Source: Mizuhopecten yessoensis (lineage: Eukaryota). Taken from it: 58,971 bases of DNA. A program made the position numbers and the translations under genes. How positions within the stretch are numbered: the stretch's first letter is position 1; every line of letters begins with the position of its first letter. Below, in pieces: positions 35,897 to 50,243 of this stretch. The DNA lies in contig NW_018406089.1 of the NCBI RefSeq assembly GCF_002113885.1, positions 260,351 to 319,321 of the forward strand, written 5' to 3'. The notes beneath the pieces are model-generated. The model saw nothing but the letters and a program-made list of their open reading frames with translations, ran no database searches and was not told the origin of the DNA.

Positions 35897-37040
35897 GATA
35901 GGTCTAAGATGAATACTAGGCTTCAGGTTTCTTCTAAATACATCACACTGCATATTGATTCGGATTCACAATGTTATGAATTGGTTTTATGAGAGAATAA
36001 GAGAAACAAACGAATACATTTTCAAATTTTTATTTTTACAAACAACTTTTTTCAAGTTTATTTTAAAATATTTCAGTACAGATATGAATTGTATAAATAA
36101 TTTGAAATGAAATGTTATGCCATCAATAAGTGTGGTTTATAAGTTTGGGAAACATGTTAAGGTACATGGGCACTGAACAAACTGTTTATAACATTTTTGG
36201 AAATCATTTTGGTCTAAGAGTCTCAGTGTCATATCTTTCAATATAACCAGGACATTTTACGTACTGTTAATGATACTGAACACTGATCACAACTCACGAC
36301 AGGTTGACTCACTTCATAGTGTCAGCTACGAGGACATGACCAGTTTTATTCTGTGTATTTGTATACTTGTGTTGAATCATATGATCATGAGTAAAAGAGG
36401 AAATACATGACAGGGAGCTATTTCTTTCCAATTTATTTCTTAGAAAAAAGAAAGATAAAAAGGGGAGGTAATTTTGCAAAGATTTGTGAAAAGCATAAAA
36501 GCCTACTTAATTAAACAGTAAATGAACCTTTAAAATGTGTAAACATCCAAACAAAAAGAAGTTAATTTAGCATGAAATGACCGTGTTGTCAGCCATGATA
36601 TTAAAGCAAGTTTGCAGATAATCAATGAAGGAGACTACATTCTCCACGTACGGAATCATGTCATGTGACAATCAGTTTCATGAGTGTTAAGGTCAACTTA
36701 TATAACGTTCTGCCAAAACATTTCAGTGTAATATTGAAATAGTAATTGTTCATAATGACATTTATGTTTATATTGGCAACAAGAAACAACACAGAAGCAT
36801 GTTCAATATATAACACAACACAGTGTACTACAATGGCATGAAACAGACGCTAAGGTCTGTGAGAGACACTTGTTTACCAACGTTTGACTGTTATATACAT
36901 CGTTTACAAAACATTTGATTGCGTTAAAGAGGAAAAGCTGACACTTTTAAGTATACAAGTGGGTTAGTATCAGCCGGTATCAAGTACTGTAATAAATTTA
37001 GTTCATCCAATGTGAAATGGTTTGAACCAAATCTCCTCTT

Positions 37041-37975
37041 TCAATCGGATGCAAATTGTAAAGGTGCCTGCAGGCACTTACGATGATCTACCCCTGGTCC
37101 GTATTCATCTAGACATCTAAAGCAGAAACGGAAGCCACAAGAAGGGTACTGACATGTCATTGACAAACATCCGTCCGCATGTTCAATTATACTCCAACAC
37201 TTAGGACATGCCCGGTGCCTTAAACCGTTCGTTTGTCCATGTACATATAGTTTTGGCGAATGATGGAGAAGCGAAATCATTATGTCATCAGGGTACACAT
37301 TTTTCGACTCTGTTTCTTGCTGCTTGATTCGATTTTTGTCGAGCTTAGTTTGAAATATCATCTTTTCTGTTTTGGACATAGCAGCAGAAAGTGTGATAGC
37401 TTGTCTATTCCACTTGTATCCGCATGTTTCTCCCTTGAAGTTTGTGACATAAGGACACGTGATTTTGGAACTTCCTTTCTCTAGCTCACACCAACAATAG
37501 TCATAAAGGGCCCGAGGTGCTGCAATATAACAAATATTCAGATATTCAAATGAATGCACTGATCAATGATATTGTACTATCTCAATAAGATACGCATATA
37601 TTTTGTTTGAGCCTGGCTTCAGTCCCCGATTATGTTACCTCTGACTATGTATTAAAACAGCCAATCATATTTATTATCATCTACTGATCATCGTTGGTCT
37701 TGTGTTATTGTTATATTTCGACACACTAAGATAGCGACTGCCCCTGTGGTAGGAAAACACAGTTCTTTGTTCCTTCTGTATTAATCATGTTTCACGAGGC
37801 AACACCTTACGTTTGGCTTGAAGGTTGAGCATTCGCCCAGGTGAGGACGTCCTTAAATAACCTTAGCTGTTAATAGGACGTTAAACAAAATTAAACCAAA
37901 CCAAACCATCACGAGGGTGAAGTTAAAACATAATTCATCTCGGAGAAACTGGGACAACACATGTATGATGGTCCC

Positions 37976-38015
<40 letters not shown>

Positions 38016-39677
38016 CGTGAAATACCGGAAGTGTGGGGACATTTTTTCTGTTTAAAACCCACGTTGTGGGGACCCCCATTCCACTGTGGGGACATTTGCC
38101 TGTCCCTACAATTACGGTCCCTTAAATCGCAAGGAAATTGCATAAAATGCATAGAAAAAATATTTTCTTAAAAGTCCCCACTAATTTTTGAATCGATCAT
38201 TTATCTCACAAGTAGCCACAAATCGTAATTTAGTCTTGTGCATAACTTTGCACTAGGCTCTGTGCTGATTGGCTGAGTAGTTTGTCCCCACAAAGTCTCT
38301 CTCCTTCACATGATTGGGTTTTCATATTAGGAAGATTCAAGATATACCTATATTATTTTACTTCNAACGGAAAAGAAGTGAGCACTAGCTCAATAATTCC
38401 AGCGAAATGTACTTCTGAACATTTATAACATAAACAAATTGAATGTAGGTTTCAACGATTTTTTGTGACTCATATATGCAATATGTTGTCACTAGAAAAT
38501 ATTGGGATATATTGAGTTGTGTGATATTATTGCCTGCACTATATGACCTCACGGGCGATGTAGTCGCCGTTGGGAAATATCTCATTTTTGTGAGGACAAC
38601 CTATGATTTCAGGGGTGAGATAGTCACCACGGGGGGACATTCTGTCTCATTTCTTGTGGGGGCATAACATTTGCGTCCTCATATAACAGAGATATATATG
38701 TCCCTAGAAATTACGTCTCTCGAATTTGAAACGGAAGTAGTTTTATTCATTATCTAGGAGAGAAAACGTTCTGCTATGGAATGGTATGCACAAGCCATAA
38801 TTATTTCAAAGATGTGTTATCTAGATATGCATGTCCCCATAATGTGGGTGTGATACCTATGTCCCCATATTTACGGTGAAACCAGCCAGAGAGAGAGAGA
38901 GAGAGAGAGAGTATGAAAGAGATTGCCGTACTTACTTATAGCATGTCCACAAGCCATTTTGGCCCTTGGCTCAACCGTGTCCAGTGTGATCATGCACGAG
39001 TCACTTGACTTGACTACACCATTCCATAGCCTCCTGGTCCTGACTACGGGAGTGTACACTGCTTCGACTACGTCGCCGTCAGAAAAGACCTTATTTAGCT
39101 GGCATTCCTTGCCGACGTCGATTATCCGGCCACGTCGTTTTATAACTGTTCCCTTTGGAAATCGTTTAAACAATGTCGACAGCCCAGTCGTCTGTCTCTG
39201 TAAAGATTAAATGTAGGATGACAATGGAGATGATTTGCCGAAAGGGTGGAAGGAGATAAAACTATTCATCAGTAATTTGATTGTAAAACAACAGCTTTAA
39301 AAACAATTGATTGATTTTCATGTATAACCATTCAATGCTTATCCCAGTGTATATATCACAGCTATACCGTAGAAATAGCGTTTGATATACATGATTTTAT
39401 TTCTTTTCAAACTACTTAATTGTAATATTTTACTTTATTACAGAGCTGCATTCACAAAGCCAGGATAATATGCCGCTTCATTTTCAATTTACAACGACTC
39501 AGTGTTCATTAAAAATGAACATTTTAAAGTTATAATACACTCTCTTTGCCAATCAGCAGTAATTAAATAGCAATTTACATGATGAACATAACAGTTAAAT
39601 GACTTAACTATATGTACCTCACTTAACCGTATTTGACTTCGCCGCTTTGAATCAGGGTGGATGATAGTTATTTTCAT
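37041..39677 (-). CDS. Mini-RBR family copy C; 266 aa
   Basis: Exons 39677-39618 (MKITIIHPDSKRRSQIRLSE), 39197-38936, 37519-37041; open frame, canonical splice sites. Confidence 0.88.
37826..37907 (+). mobile_element. Internally deleted SINE (head joined directly to tail)
   Basis: ttgagcattcgcccaggtgagg directly followed by acgtccttaaataacc...aataggacgttaaacaaaattaaaccaaacc; paralog at ~49270-49352. Confidence 0.65.
38013..38887. mobile_element. 875-bp non-autonomous element inserted into a (GA)n microsatellite
   Basis: (GA)n on both sides; absent from the paralogous intron (49424-49485); imperfect TIRs GG..ACCGnAAnTnTGGGGACAT; many GGGGAC/GTCCCC subterminal motifs. Confidence 0.8.
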
Positions 39678-41091
39678 GTTGATACTGTCGTCTAACTTGA
39701 TGGCTTCGTATTGTTTGAATTAAGATCGTGTGAGTCAGTTTATATACGTACTCAGTACGTGATAATTAAATCAATATACATTTACGATAGTCAGAACTAT
39801 ATTTAGTTTATCTCTTCGTCAGCGGCTGTTAGTTTCAGACCCTGCAAAGTGGGCCAAGATCAATTTTATTGAAAAAGGCTGAAACACATAAACAACAATT
39901 AACTGAATGGATATATGTAAGAAAATTTTGATGTTCTCACTGAAAGTATGAACATGTTATTTATAAGCCCAATTAAGAAAACTCTTTATTTCTGTACGAA
40001 CTTATCGATCAGGCTTCGAAGTGACCTTTGAACCACATCACATATAATAGATTTATAGTTAGTCGCGAGTCAGTACGGCAGGACTGAATAACCGAAAATT
40101 TAAGAATTGTTTTTTCAAGGAACCGTTTAATAAGCCTTGATAATTCACAATGACTACAAATATGTGCCAAACTGTAGGTTGTGGCCATGGATAAATAAGC
40201 TTAATTTATCAACATCTTACTTGACATTCCAACATCAAAGAAACGTGATAAATACTACTATATTGTAATTATTCTTGTACCTTTTGGCAAACACCCGACC
40301 GTGATTTGCGTCATATTGATATGATATCTACTTGTATACCAGTTTACATACTAAGATACCTTGTATATAGTGCAAAGGGAGTTAACCAGAAATAGACGCG
40401 TGTTTGATATAAATTGTACAAGTACCATTTGATCAGTGTGTTGTATTGGAACGAGAATGGACGTTTGATATACATAATTTATAGGAGTATGGTATACTAT
40501 AAATAAAGTCCTTGCTGTTTTGAAATCTTTTTTCCTTTTATTATGATAATTTAAGTAACTGAAGAGTGTGTAAACATGTATGTGTATGTCCTTTGAAACA
40601 ACTTATATTGTAATATCACTCAAATCTGTTTCATAACTTCATTCGTAAACCTTTTTTTTTCATACGTTTTCCAATTAGGAAAGGTTATTTCTTAACATTT
40701 GGATTGATTGCTGTTCTCTCCTGCTAGTCACATTTTACATTGCCTTATACTTTATGAGTCCAATAATTAATACTTTGAACATATCAAATAAATAGTGCAC
40801 TCAATACAATTATATTTGTACGGGAAGATTTGTTAAGTATCAATACAATTATAACACAATACCAAAATACAGATGGACAAAGAATTATTGTAGACACTAT
40901 TTAGAATGTTATAACAACCTTTTCTAAGTAAACATAAACAAATTTTCATTAGTTTAAAATACAAAAGGAGATAATCACATTGTTAATTAAAATGTCCGTA
41001 TTAAAAATCATGTTTGTTTTGCCAATCAATCAGTAATTAAATAGACGTAGACAATATGAACAATACTATTAACAAAACCAAACATACTTAC

Positions 41092-41151
41092 CTCACTTAA
41101 CCGTATTTGACTTCGCCGCTTTGAATCAGGGTGGACGATAGTTATTTTCAT
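41092..41151 (-). other. Orphan first exon of the mini-RBR family with its own promoter module
   Basis: ATG..MKITIVHPDSKRRSQIRLSE|gtaagt, TATA ~41227-41238, CTATATTTAG 41257-41266; no exon 2/3 of its own before copy C. Confidence 0.8.
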
Positions 41152-43512
41152 GTTGATGCTTTCGTCTACAGCTGTTCGTTACTGTAGCGTTACGTGTTGT
41201 ATCGATAAAGGCATCACCAGCCATGTTTTATATATAAACTGAAGCAGCAGTCAGATCTATATTTAGATCACTGCTACGTCAGCTAGTCAGGTCTGAACAA
41301 GTCTGAGCAGAGCCTAACCTGATGAAACGAAAAAGTAAACGAAAACAAGACAAAATATTCATTGGAAGAAAAGATGGCGTCATGTCATGATATTGAGTCT
41401 GTACTCTGCTAGAGTAAAAGAGTATAAACATGTTTCGAACAAATTGTTTAAGTCAACCAGTTGACATTGACATTATCAAATTCCATTAAGTGCATGCATA
41501 TTGGACATATGCAGTTTTGTAAAAACAAATTATCATTAGATATTCAAGTTTATTGTAAAAAGATTTTTTAACAGTGTTCAAAGTCGCCACGTGACGATTT
41601 AAAAAGCGGTGTAAATCAAAGGAATGTTAGGTTATTTTTAAACCTGTTTCCAGCTTAAATACGAATGCTGCATTATTATGAAAGCAAGGAGGCAAATGTT
41701 TCATTTTTGTACTATTTTCTTTTCTACAGCATTCATACTATCAGTCATATTCTGATACATTACACAGACGTGTTAAGTAGTTTAGTATATAACTTTTTTA
41801 AGATAAGCCGACAAAGATACAGCGGCTGCCCGACTCGGCTACCGATTTCTCAGTTGTACCAGGTTACCATATAGGCTGTACTAGCTGTGTGTGACGAGAC
41901 AGTAAAATTTTTACCATCACCTACATTATATATACTAATACATCACTTCAGTTCTTTATTTGCTCTAGTTTTACAACTTATGGCAGTTACAGATAAGGGG
42001 ACAAAGACACCCACATTAACTCGCACACATCATCAGGGATGATATTTTCACATTTGTACTGTTTTATCACATGAAAATTTACACTTTTCAGTTAAGGAAT
42101 TGAACTTGAAATATATTATTTAAGAGTTGATGTTGTATTTTTGTATTGATGTGGTCTGTGATTTTCAATGGTTAAATATGTTAAACTCTTGTCTATTATA
42201 TGTCCCCAAAATGGAATGTTTTTGCAGCTTTTTCCCCAGTAAATCACGAAAAATACTATATAATCAAAAATATTGCATTACCAATCACATTTTAAAATGT
42301 TATTCCACTACACATGGGATACCTCATATTTCATATTTCTGAAAGCTTACGTAAACTTGGGTCGGTCCTTTGACTCATTCCTGCAGAACTATTGACTTGT
42401 AATATATAAAATTATAGTTAGTATTTCACACTGCAAGTATCATTTTAGCGTGTTATTAACGGACATTGGCAGAAACAGGAGCCCGATGCCATCCCCCAAT
42501 GGTTTACTCTGAATCAGTTGCTTGTGGAAGGGGAAAAGAGGAGGTTGGAGGGAGGGAGTTGGGTAGCAATTTTCATGCCTACCCTGTGTCCCAAGGTGTC
42601 AAACCTAGCTATTAGTCAGAACTTACTTGGGTTTTGTTTTGCAAGACCCTTCCTTGATCTAGTGACAATGTCAGGGTGTGCCGACCAACACGGAGACTTA
42701 TTAATTTATCTAAATGTTACAATGTGAGAGTCATTCTTTAATTTGATGAGGAGTGGAAATTAAAATAGCATGTTAAGATTTTACACCTTTATGGATCAGA
42801 CCAGGTACAGACGAAACGTTGTAATAATAATTAATTCACATGCAACGAATGAATTATTATTTAAGATATAATAAAATGCCTTACCTATGGTAAAGACTCC
42901 TGGCTAATTTGATTGATACAGATTACGAAGACCATCGTTATTATAAACCTATCCCCTATCCCCTCCCACACACGCAAATTTATCAATCTCACTCTGTCCG
43001 GGTCTCGAAGTCACGACCTACGGCATCTAATTGCCTAGACTAGAATTCTCCACAGCCCCTCAGTCGCAGTGTTAGAAGCTGCAGATATTTATAGGCTAGA
43101 CAGGGTACTATTCAAAAAATAGTCCTCCTTCGTCATTTGTGTTTCTGTCGTGATTTTTACACGTGTTTGTCATGCTGTCACGTTGACTGAACAGTTGAAA
43201 ATCGTCACTAAAATTTAATTATCTCCAAATGTGTTCTTTAAACAACAAAAAATGACGACAATGTAATATCCTCAATGTTGTTTGGCGCTTCTACGGGAGT
43301 GTAGCCGGCTTTTAAGACAGTATTACTATGCTTTTGCTCCTGAATATATTAAGTTATTCTTTCTCACTCTGGGCAATTTAGAAATTCTGACTGTGAATCA
43401 ACACATGTAAACTTTCTGTCAGAATAGGTTTCTGTATCAACAAAATAATAATAATCGATATTAACATCAGGGTTTGCCTTTGGCAAAGAATTTAATGGCA
43501 CATGTATATGAC

Positions 43513-43800
43513 GCAAGAAGGGTACTGACAAGTCATTGACAAACATCAGTCCGCATGTTTAATCTTCAACATTTAGGACATGCCCGGTGCGTAAGAAATA
43601 TCCCAGTTCTAAATAGTGTGTTTGGTGAGTTATGAAGAAGGGAGATCATGGCGTCGTCGAGTACACATTTATCGATTCTATTTCTCGCTTCTTAATTGAT
43701 TCTGTTTATGTGGTGTTTAGTCTGAAATAACCTCTTTTCTCTATAGGTCATAACTGCGGAAAACGAGATAATGCGTGTCCTCCATTCACAACCACACAAA
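43513..43800 (-). pseudogene. Duplicated exon-3 relic, with an additional deletion of its 3' part
   Basis: Paralog of 29720-30005; junction atatgacg|caagaaggg removes ~150 bp present in unit 1. Confidence 0.8.
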
Positions 43801-44215
43801 CATAATACTCATGTCATGTTGACAATACGTTAGAGCACCATTATATAAACAATGAAAACAAGACCGGCCTTGGATTTCATATTTGCTAGTCAAGGTATTT
43901 TGTTATCTAATAAATCACACAATCATGATTATATAACACTCTGTCAAAACATTTCAGTTTATTATCAAAATAATAATGGTACATTATAACATTTATGCAT
44001 ATATGGACAACACTTAACAACACAGAAGCATGTTCAAATGTATAACGCAACACAGTGTACTACAGTGGTATTAAACAGACGCTAAGATCTGTGAGAGACA
44101 CTTGTTTACCAACATTTGACTGTTATATACATCGTGGGCAAGTATCAGTCGGTATCAAGTAATGTGATAAATTTAGTTCACCGAATGTGAAATGGTTTGA
44201 ACCAAATCTCCTTTT

Positions 44216-45622
44216 TCAATCGGATGCAAATTGTAAAGGTGCTTGCAGGCACTTACAATGATCTATCCCTGGTCCGTATTCATCTAGACATCTAAAGCAG
44301 AAACGGAAGCCACAAGAAGGGTACTGACATGTCATTGACAAACATCCGTCCGCATGTTCAATTATACTCCAACACTTAGGACATGCCCGGTGTTTTAAAG
44401 CGTTCGTACGTCCATATCCTAATAGTTTTGGCGAATTATGGAGAAGCGAAATCATGATGTCATCAGGGTACACATTTTTCGATTCCGTTTCTTGCTGCTT
44501 GATTCGATTTTTGTCGAGCTTAGTTTGAAATAACATCTTTTCTGTTTTGGACATAGCAGCAGAAAGTGTGATAGCTTGTCTTTTCCACATGTATCCGCAG
44601 GTTTCTCCCTTAATGTTTGTGATATAAGGACACGTGATTTTGGAACTTCCTTTCTCCAGCTCACACCAGCAATAGTCATACAGGGCCTGAGGTGCTGCAA
44701 TATAACAAATATTGCAACAATTAAAATATGTTTCAGCACATCTAACATTTAAATGACGTAAAACTTTGTTTTTGCTGATGAAGGATACATGCTTTTAACT
44801 GCCAACACAAATCAATTATCCATATTTAAACAACTCACCAACATAAGTGAACAACTGCAGTTAGTGTAAAATGATAGTTTTTTTGGGCGGGGGTTTAATA
44901 CTTACTGATAGCATGTCCGCACGGCATTTCTGCCCTTTGCACATCTGTGTCCAGTGTTATCATGCACTGGTCAGCTGACTTTTTCATGCACCTCCATAGC
45001 TTCCTTGTTTCGACCAGCTGTGTGTAGAATGCTTCAGCAACGTCGCCGTGAGTGAAAACCTTACTTATCAAGCATTCTCTGTCGGCGTCGACCGTTCGTC
45101 CAAGCCGTTTTATAACTGTCCCTTGTGGAAATTGCTTAAATAAGGCCGACAACTTGGTCTTCTGTCTCTATAAAAACACAAAATATAAACAGATAAGGAT
45201 ATATGTTGAAAAGATACCACCTTTTGTCAGTATTTTTATGGTAACATCCTAAAGATTCATTGTTGTGGACCTCAATGAACATTTCTATGATTCAAATTAT
45301 AAACCGCACATATTTACTGCATAATTGGGGTGTGTAAACAAAGATATTATTTTCTTTCGGGCATAATTTGAAAAGTTGAATTGACTAGTTGCTATCCTTT
45401 TCAGATATTTAACGGTATTCTTTCTGAACATATTAAATGAGTTAATCGGAAAAAAGTATTGAATTATTGCAGCATGATTGCATATTGTTTGACAACCGAC
45501 AGTTATCAAACTAGCTGTAGATATTGTTAACACCAAATTTGAATAACGAAACCAGGTATATTTACCTCACTAAATCGAATATGACTGCGCTTTAAATCAG
45601 GGTGGATGACAGTTATTTTCAT
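44216..45622 (-). CDS. Mini-RBR family copy D (apparently identical to copy B); 265 aa
   Basis: Exons 45622-45566, 45167-44906, 44694-44216; constant offset of 13793 from copy B. Confidence 0.88.
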
Positions 45623-47229
45623 GCTTATGACTTTCTCTCTCCTTTACCGTACGTGTTGTGTGAATACGTGAGCGGTGGACAGCTTTTATACAGCTAAATG
45701 TTTCAGTCAGACCTATATTTAGATTGTCGCTTCGTCAACATTTTTTAGCTTACTGGTCCGAACAGGTAGGTCTGTGTATAACCTAGCAATTCAGTCGTTA
45801 TCAATACGAGTAGACGGATAGTAGGCGGTGTTTGAATGGAGGAATGCAATTATATATGTTCTGATTATAGTTACAGTCTTATAAGTAACTTCCTGTAATA
45901 TTCCATTCAGTTTTAATATTACATTGCCAAATATACGAAAAGAAGATTTTGTTTGGAAAATTCATAATGACATCTCATTAAGGGGATTTAAGTACATCTA
46001 GTGAGTTGTAGTAAATTAAATGAGTGCAGTACGTACAGTAAATGATCCACAGTGGAACATATAAATTATGATAAATTATGATAAATTATGTAATTAAAAT
46101 CCACTGCGCCATCCGACCACCCGATTTGTGTTTTGGTTTTGTTGATATTACCCAGGTTTGACTTTGTAGACGCGCCATTACTGATTTCACCTATATTTAC
46201 ATTGCGGTCAGCACTGATATAGCAGAACATACCTAACACTCCAGAACACCTGTTCGTATTCACCTTGAAGGTTTTTTCAGGGTATCCATTTGAAAATTTC
46301 TTTAATTCATGATGAAAACTAGGCGTAAACTTTGTTTTTAACACATCACACTACATATTGATTCGGGTTCAGATTTGTTGTGAATTGGTTTTATGACAGA
46401 ATGAAAGAGACAAACGTATTTATCTAAAATTTTATTTTACTAACAACTTAAAAAAGGTAACTAAGGCCCATTTCAAACTATGGGCATATATGTTTGACCT
46501 TCATCACAACCATTCATTAGATGGACTGAGGTCACAATTTAATGCTTTCGGGTTCAGTACATACGAATGAAGTCCCTTAGAAATATAGGTACTTTAGTAA
46601 AAACTATACTATGCCTCTTAGAACTTGGTGTTTGTGTAAAAGTTTGGTGTTAAAATACTGTGGAGATATCAATCTAACAATTTCTATGTCATTTTTTTTT
46701 ATTTTGCATTTATTTTTTGGTGCAGGGTGCTGTGTGAAAAGTCATGTGTTTACCTCTACCCCTGACCCGGATGTTTATTTTTGACATTGGTGACACATGC
46801 AGACGACTAGCTCAAGAAAAAGGCCAACATGCTATGCTGAAATTTTGATATTTTACTCCCAAGATGTTGCTCTTGACCAGGTTAGAGGGAAAGTTGGCTA
46901 TCGGATATTGGGAATTTGTTATGAAATTAAATGTTACAATGAAACATATAGTAAAATTAATTGTGGTCTTAGTCCAGATACAACCTGTTGCTGTGACCTT
47001 GATGTTAACCTAGACTTCTTGATTTTAATATCCAGGCTTCACCTCACATACGGTTCTCGCTTGACAATCTCTTTTTCTGGAGCCTTGTTGGGAGTATTCA
47101 ATGGCTTAGGGATTAAAAAGAAATTAGGTCACAATATATTCTTGGTGACCGAGTTAGTGTTTGGACATCGGATGCAGTTGTTGACGTTTTTTAAAAGATA
47201 CTGTTATGATAGTAATGCCGGTTAGGTCT

Positions 47230-47314
47230 CAATCAGATTAAAATCATCTGTTACATGGTTCAGGCGTAGAACGAAGTTAACGAAGCCATGTAACATATGA
47301 TTTTAATCAGATTG
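47230..47314. mobile_element. Duplicated copy of the 85-bp MITE
   Basis: Same TIRs; TSD gttaggtct / gataggtct. Confidence 0.8.
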
Positions 47315-48485
47315 GATAGGTCTAAGATGAATACTAGGCTTCAAGTTTCTTCTAAATACATCACACTGCATATTGATTCGGATTCACAATGTTATGAATT
47401 GATTTTATAAGAGAAACAAACGAATACATTTTCAAATTTTATTTTTACAAACAACTTTTTTCAAGTTTATTTTAAAATATTTCAGTACAGATATGAATTG
47501 TATAAATAATTTGAAATGAAATGTTATGCCATCAATAAGTATGGTTTATAAGTTTAGGAAACATGTTAAGGTACATGGGCACTGAACAAACTGTTTATAA
47601 CATTTTTGGAAATCATTTTGGTCTAAGATCCTCAGTGTCATATCTTTCAATATAACCAGGACATTTTACGTACTGTTAATGATACTGAACACTGATCACA
47701 ACTCACGACAGGTTGACTCACTTTATAGTGTCAGCTATTTTGTCATGATGGCATACTAAATAGAACAAAAAACAAGGACATGACCAGTTTTATTCTGTGT
47801 ATTTGTATACTTGTGTGGATCATATGATCATGAGTAAAAGAGGAAATACATGACAGGGAGCTATTTCTTTCCAATTTCTTTCTTAAAAATAAATGAAAGA
47901 TAAAAAGGGGAAGTAATTTTGCAAAGATTTGTGAAAAGCATAAAAGCCTACTTAATTAAACAGTAAGTGGACCTTTAAAATGTGTAAACATCCAAACAAA
48001 AAGAAGTTAATTTAGCATGGAATGACCGTGTTGTCAGCCATGATATTAAAGCAAGTTTGTAGATAATCAATGAAGGAGACTACATTCTCCAAGTACGAAA
48101 TCATGTCATGTGACAATCAGTTTCATGAGTGTAAAGGTCAACGTATATAACGTTCTGCAAAAACATTTAAGTGAATTATTGAAATAGTAATTGTTCATAA
48201 AGACATTTATGCTTATATTGGCAACAAGAAACAACACAGAAGCATGTTCAATATATAACACAACACAGTGTTCTACAATGGCATGAAACAGACGCTATGG
48301 TCTGTGATAGACACTTGTTTACCAACGTTTGACTGTTATATACATCGTTTACAAAACATTTGATTGCGTTAAAGAGGAAAAGCTGACACTTTTAAGGATA
48401 CAAGTGCGCAAGTATCAGCCGGTATCAAGTAATGTGATAAATTTAGTTCACCGAATGTGAAATTGTTTGAACCGAATCTCCTCTT

Positions 48486-49424
48486 TCAATCGGATGCAAA
48501 TTGTAAAGGTGCCTGCAGGCACTTAAGATGATCTACCCCTGGTCCGTATTCATCTAGACATCTAAAGCAGAAACGGAAGTCACAAGAAGGGTACTGACAT
48601 GTCATTGACAAACATCCGTCCGCATGTTCAATTATACTCCAACATTTAGGACATGCCCGGTGCTTTAAACTGTTCGTTTGTCCATGTACATAAAGTTTTG
48701 GCGAATTATGGAGAAGCGAAATCATGACGTCATCAGGGTACACATTTTTCGACTCGGTTTCTTGCTGCTTGATTCGATTTTTGTCGAGCTTAGTTTGAAA
48801 TAACATCTTTTCTGTTTTGGACATAGCAGCAGAAAGTGTGATAGCTTGTCTATTCCACTTGTATCCGCATGTTTCTCCCTTGAAGTTTGTGACATAAGGA
48901 CACGTGATTTTGGAATTTCCTTTCTCTAGCTCATACCAGCAATAGTCATAAAGGGCCCGAGGTGCTGCAATATAACAAATATTCAGATATTCAAATGAAT
49001 GCACTGATCAATGATATTGTACTATCTCAATAAGATACGCATATATTTTGTTTGAGCCTGGCTTCAGTCCCCGATTATGTTACCTCTGACTATGTATTAA
49101 AACAGCCAATCATATTTACTATCATCGACTGATCATCGTTGGTCTTTTGTTATTGTTATATTTCGACACAATACGATAGTGACTGCCCCTGTGGTAGGAA
49201 AACACAGTTCTTTGTTCCTTTTGTATTATTCATGTTTCATGAGGCAACACCTTACGTTTGGCTTGAAGATTAAGCGTTCGCCCAGGTGAGGACGTCCTTA
49301 AATGACCTTAGCTGTTAATAGGACGTTAAACAAAATGAAACCAAACCAAACCATCACGAGGGTGAAGTTAAAACATAATTCATCTCGGAGAAACTGGGAC
49401 AACACATGTATGATGGTCCCTATC

Positions 49425-49489
<65 letters not shown>

Positions 49490-50243
49490 CGTACTTACTT
49501 ATAGCATGTCCACACGCCATTTTGGCCCTTGGCTCAACCGTGTCCAGTGTGATCATGCACGAGTTACTTGACTTGTCTACACCATTCCATAGCCTCCTGG
49601 TCCTGACTACGGGAGTGTACACAGCTTCGACTACGTCGCCGTCAGAAAAGACCTTATTTAGCTGGCATTCCTTGCCGACGTCGATTGTTCGGCCACGTCG
49701 TTTTATAACTGTTCCCTTTGGAAATCGTTTAAACAATGTCGACAGCCCAGTCGTCTGTCTCTGTAAAGATTAAATGTAGGATGACAATTGAGATTATTTG
49801 CCGAAGGAGTGGAAGGAGATAAAACTATTCATCAATAATTTGATTGTAAAACAACAGCTTTAAAAACAATTGATTGGTTTTCATGTATAACCATCCGATG
49901 CTTATCCCAGTGTATATATCACAGCTATACCGTAGAAATAGCGTTTGATATACATGATTTTATTTCTTTTCAAACTACTTACTTGTAATATTTTACAAAC
50001 TTATTACAGAGCTGCATTCACAAAGCCAGGATAATATGCCGCTTCATTTTCAATTTACAACGACTCAGTGTTTATTAAAAATGAACATTTTTAATTTATA
50101 ATACACTCTCTTTGCCAATCAGCAGTAATTTAATAGCTATTGACATTATGAACATAACAGTTAAATGACTTAACTATATGTACCTCACTTAACCGTATTT
50201 GACTTCGCCGCTTTGAATCAGAGTGGATGATAGTTATTTTCAT
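48486..50243 (-). CDS. Mini-RBR family copy E (paralog of C); 266 aa
   Basis: Exons 50243-50184, 49760-49499, 48964-48486; open frame; Rcat RACPKC..DGCLSMTCQYPSCDFRFCFRC. Confidence 0.88.
49424..49485. repeat. (GA)n microsatellite in intron 2 of copy E
   Basis: Direct reading, ~30 units with one interruption. Confidence 0.95.

Larger units (their letters stand above)
27430..40087. repeat. Segmental tandem duplication, unit 1
   Basis: Colinear high identity to 41090-50660; homology ends at agtcgcgagtcagtacggcaggactgaa (40087 / 50660). Confidence 0.92.

Noticed and set aside
46797-47225. 142-aa plus-strand ORF (and paralogous 35283-35807 pieces)
   Set aside because: No recognisable motifs; the paralog is interrupted by a stop and has a different 5' end.
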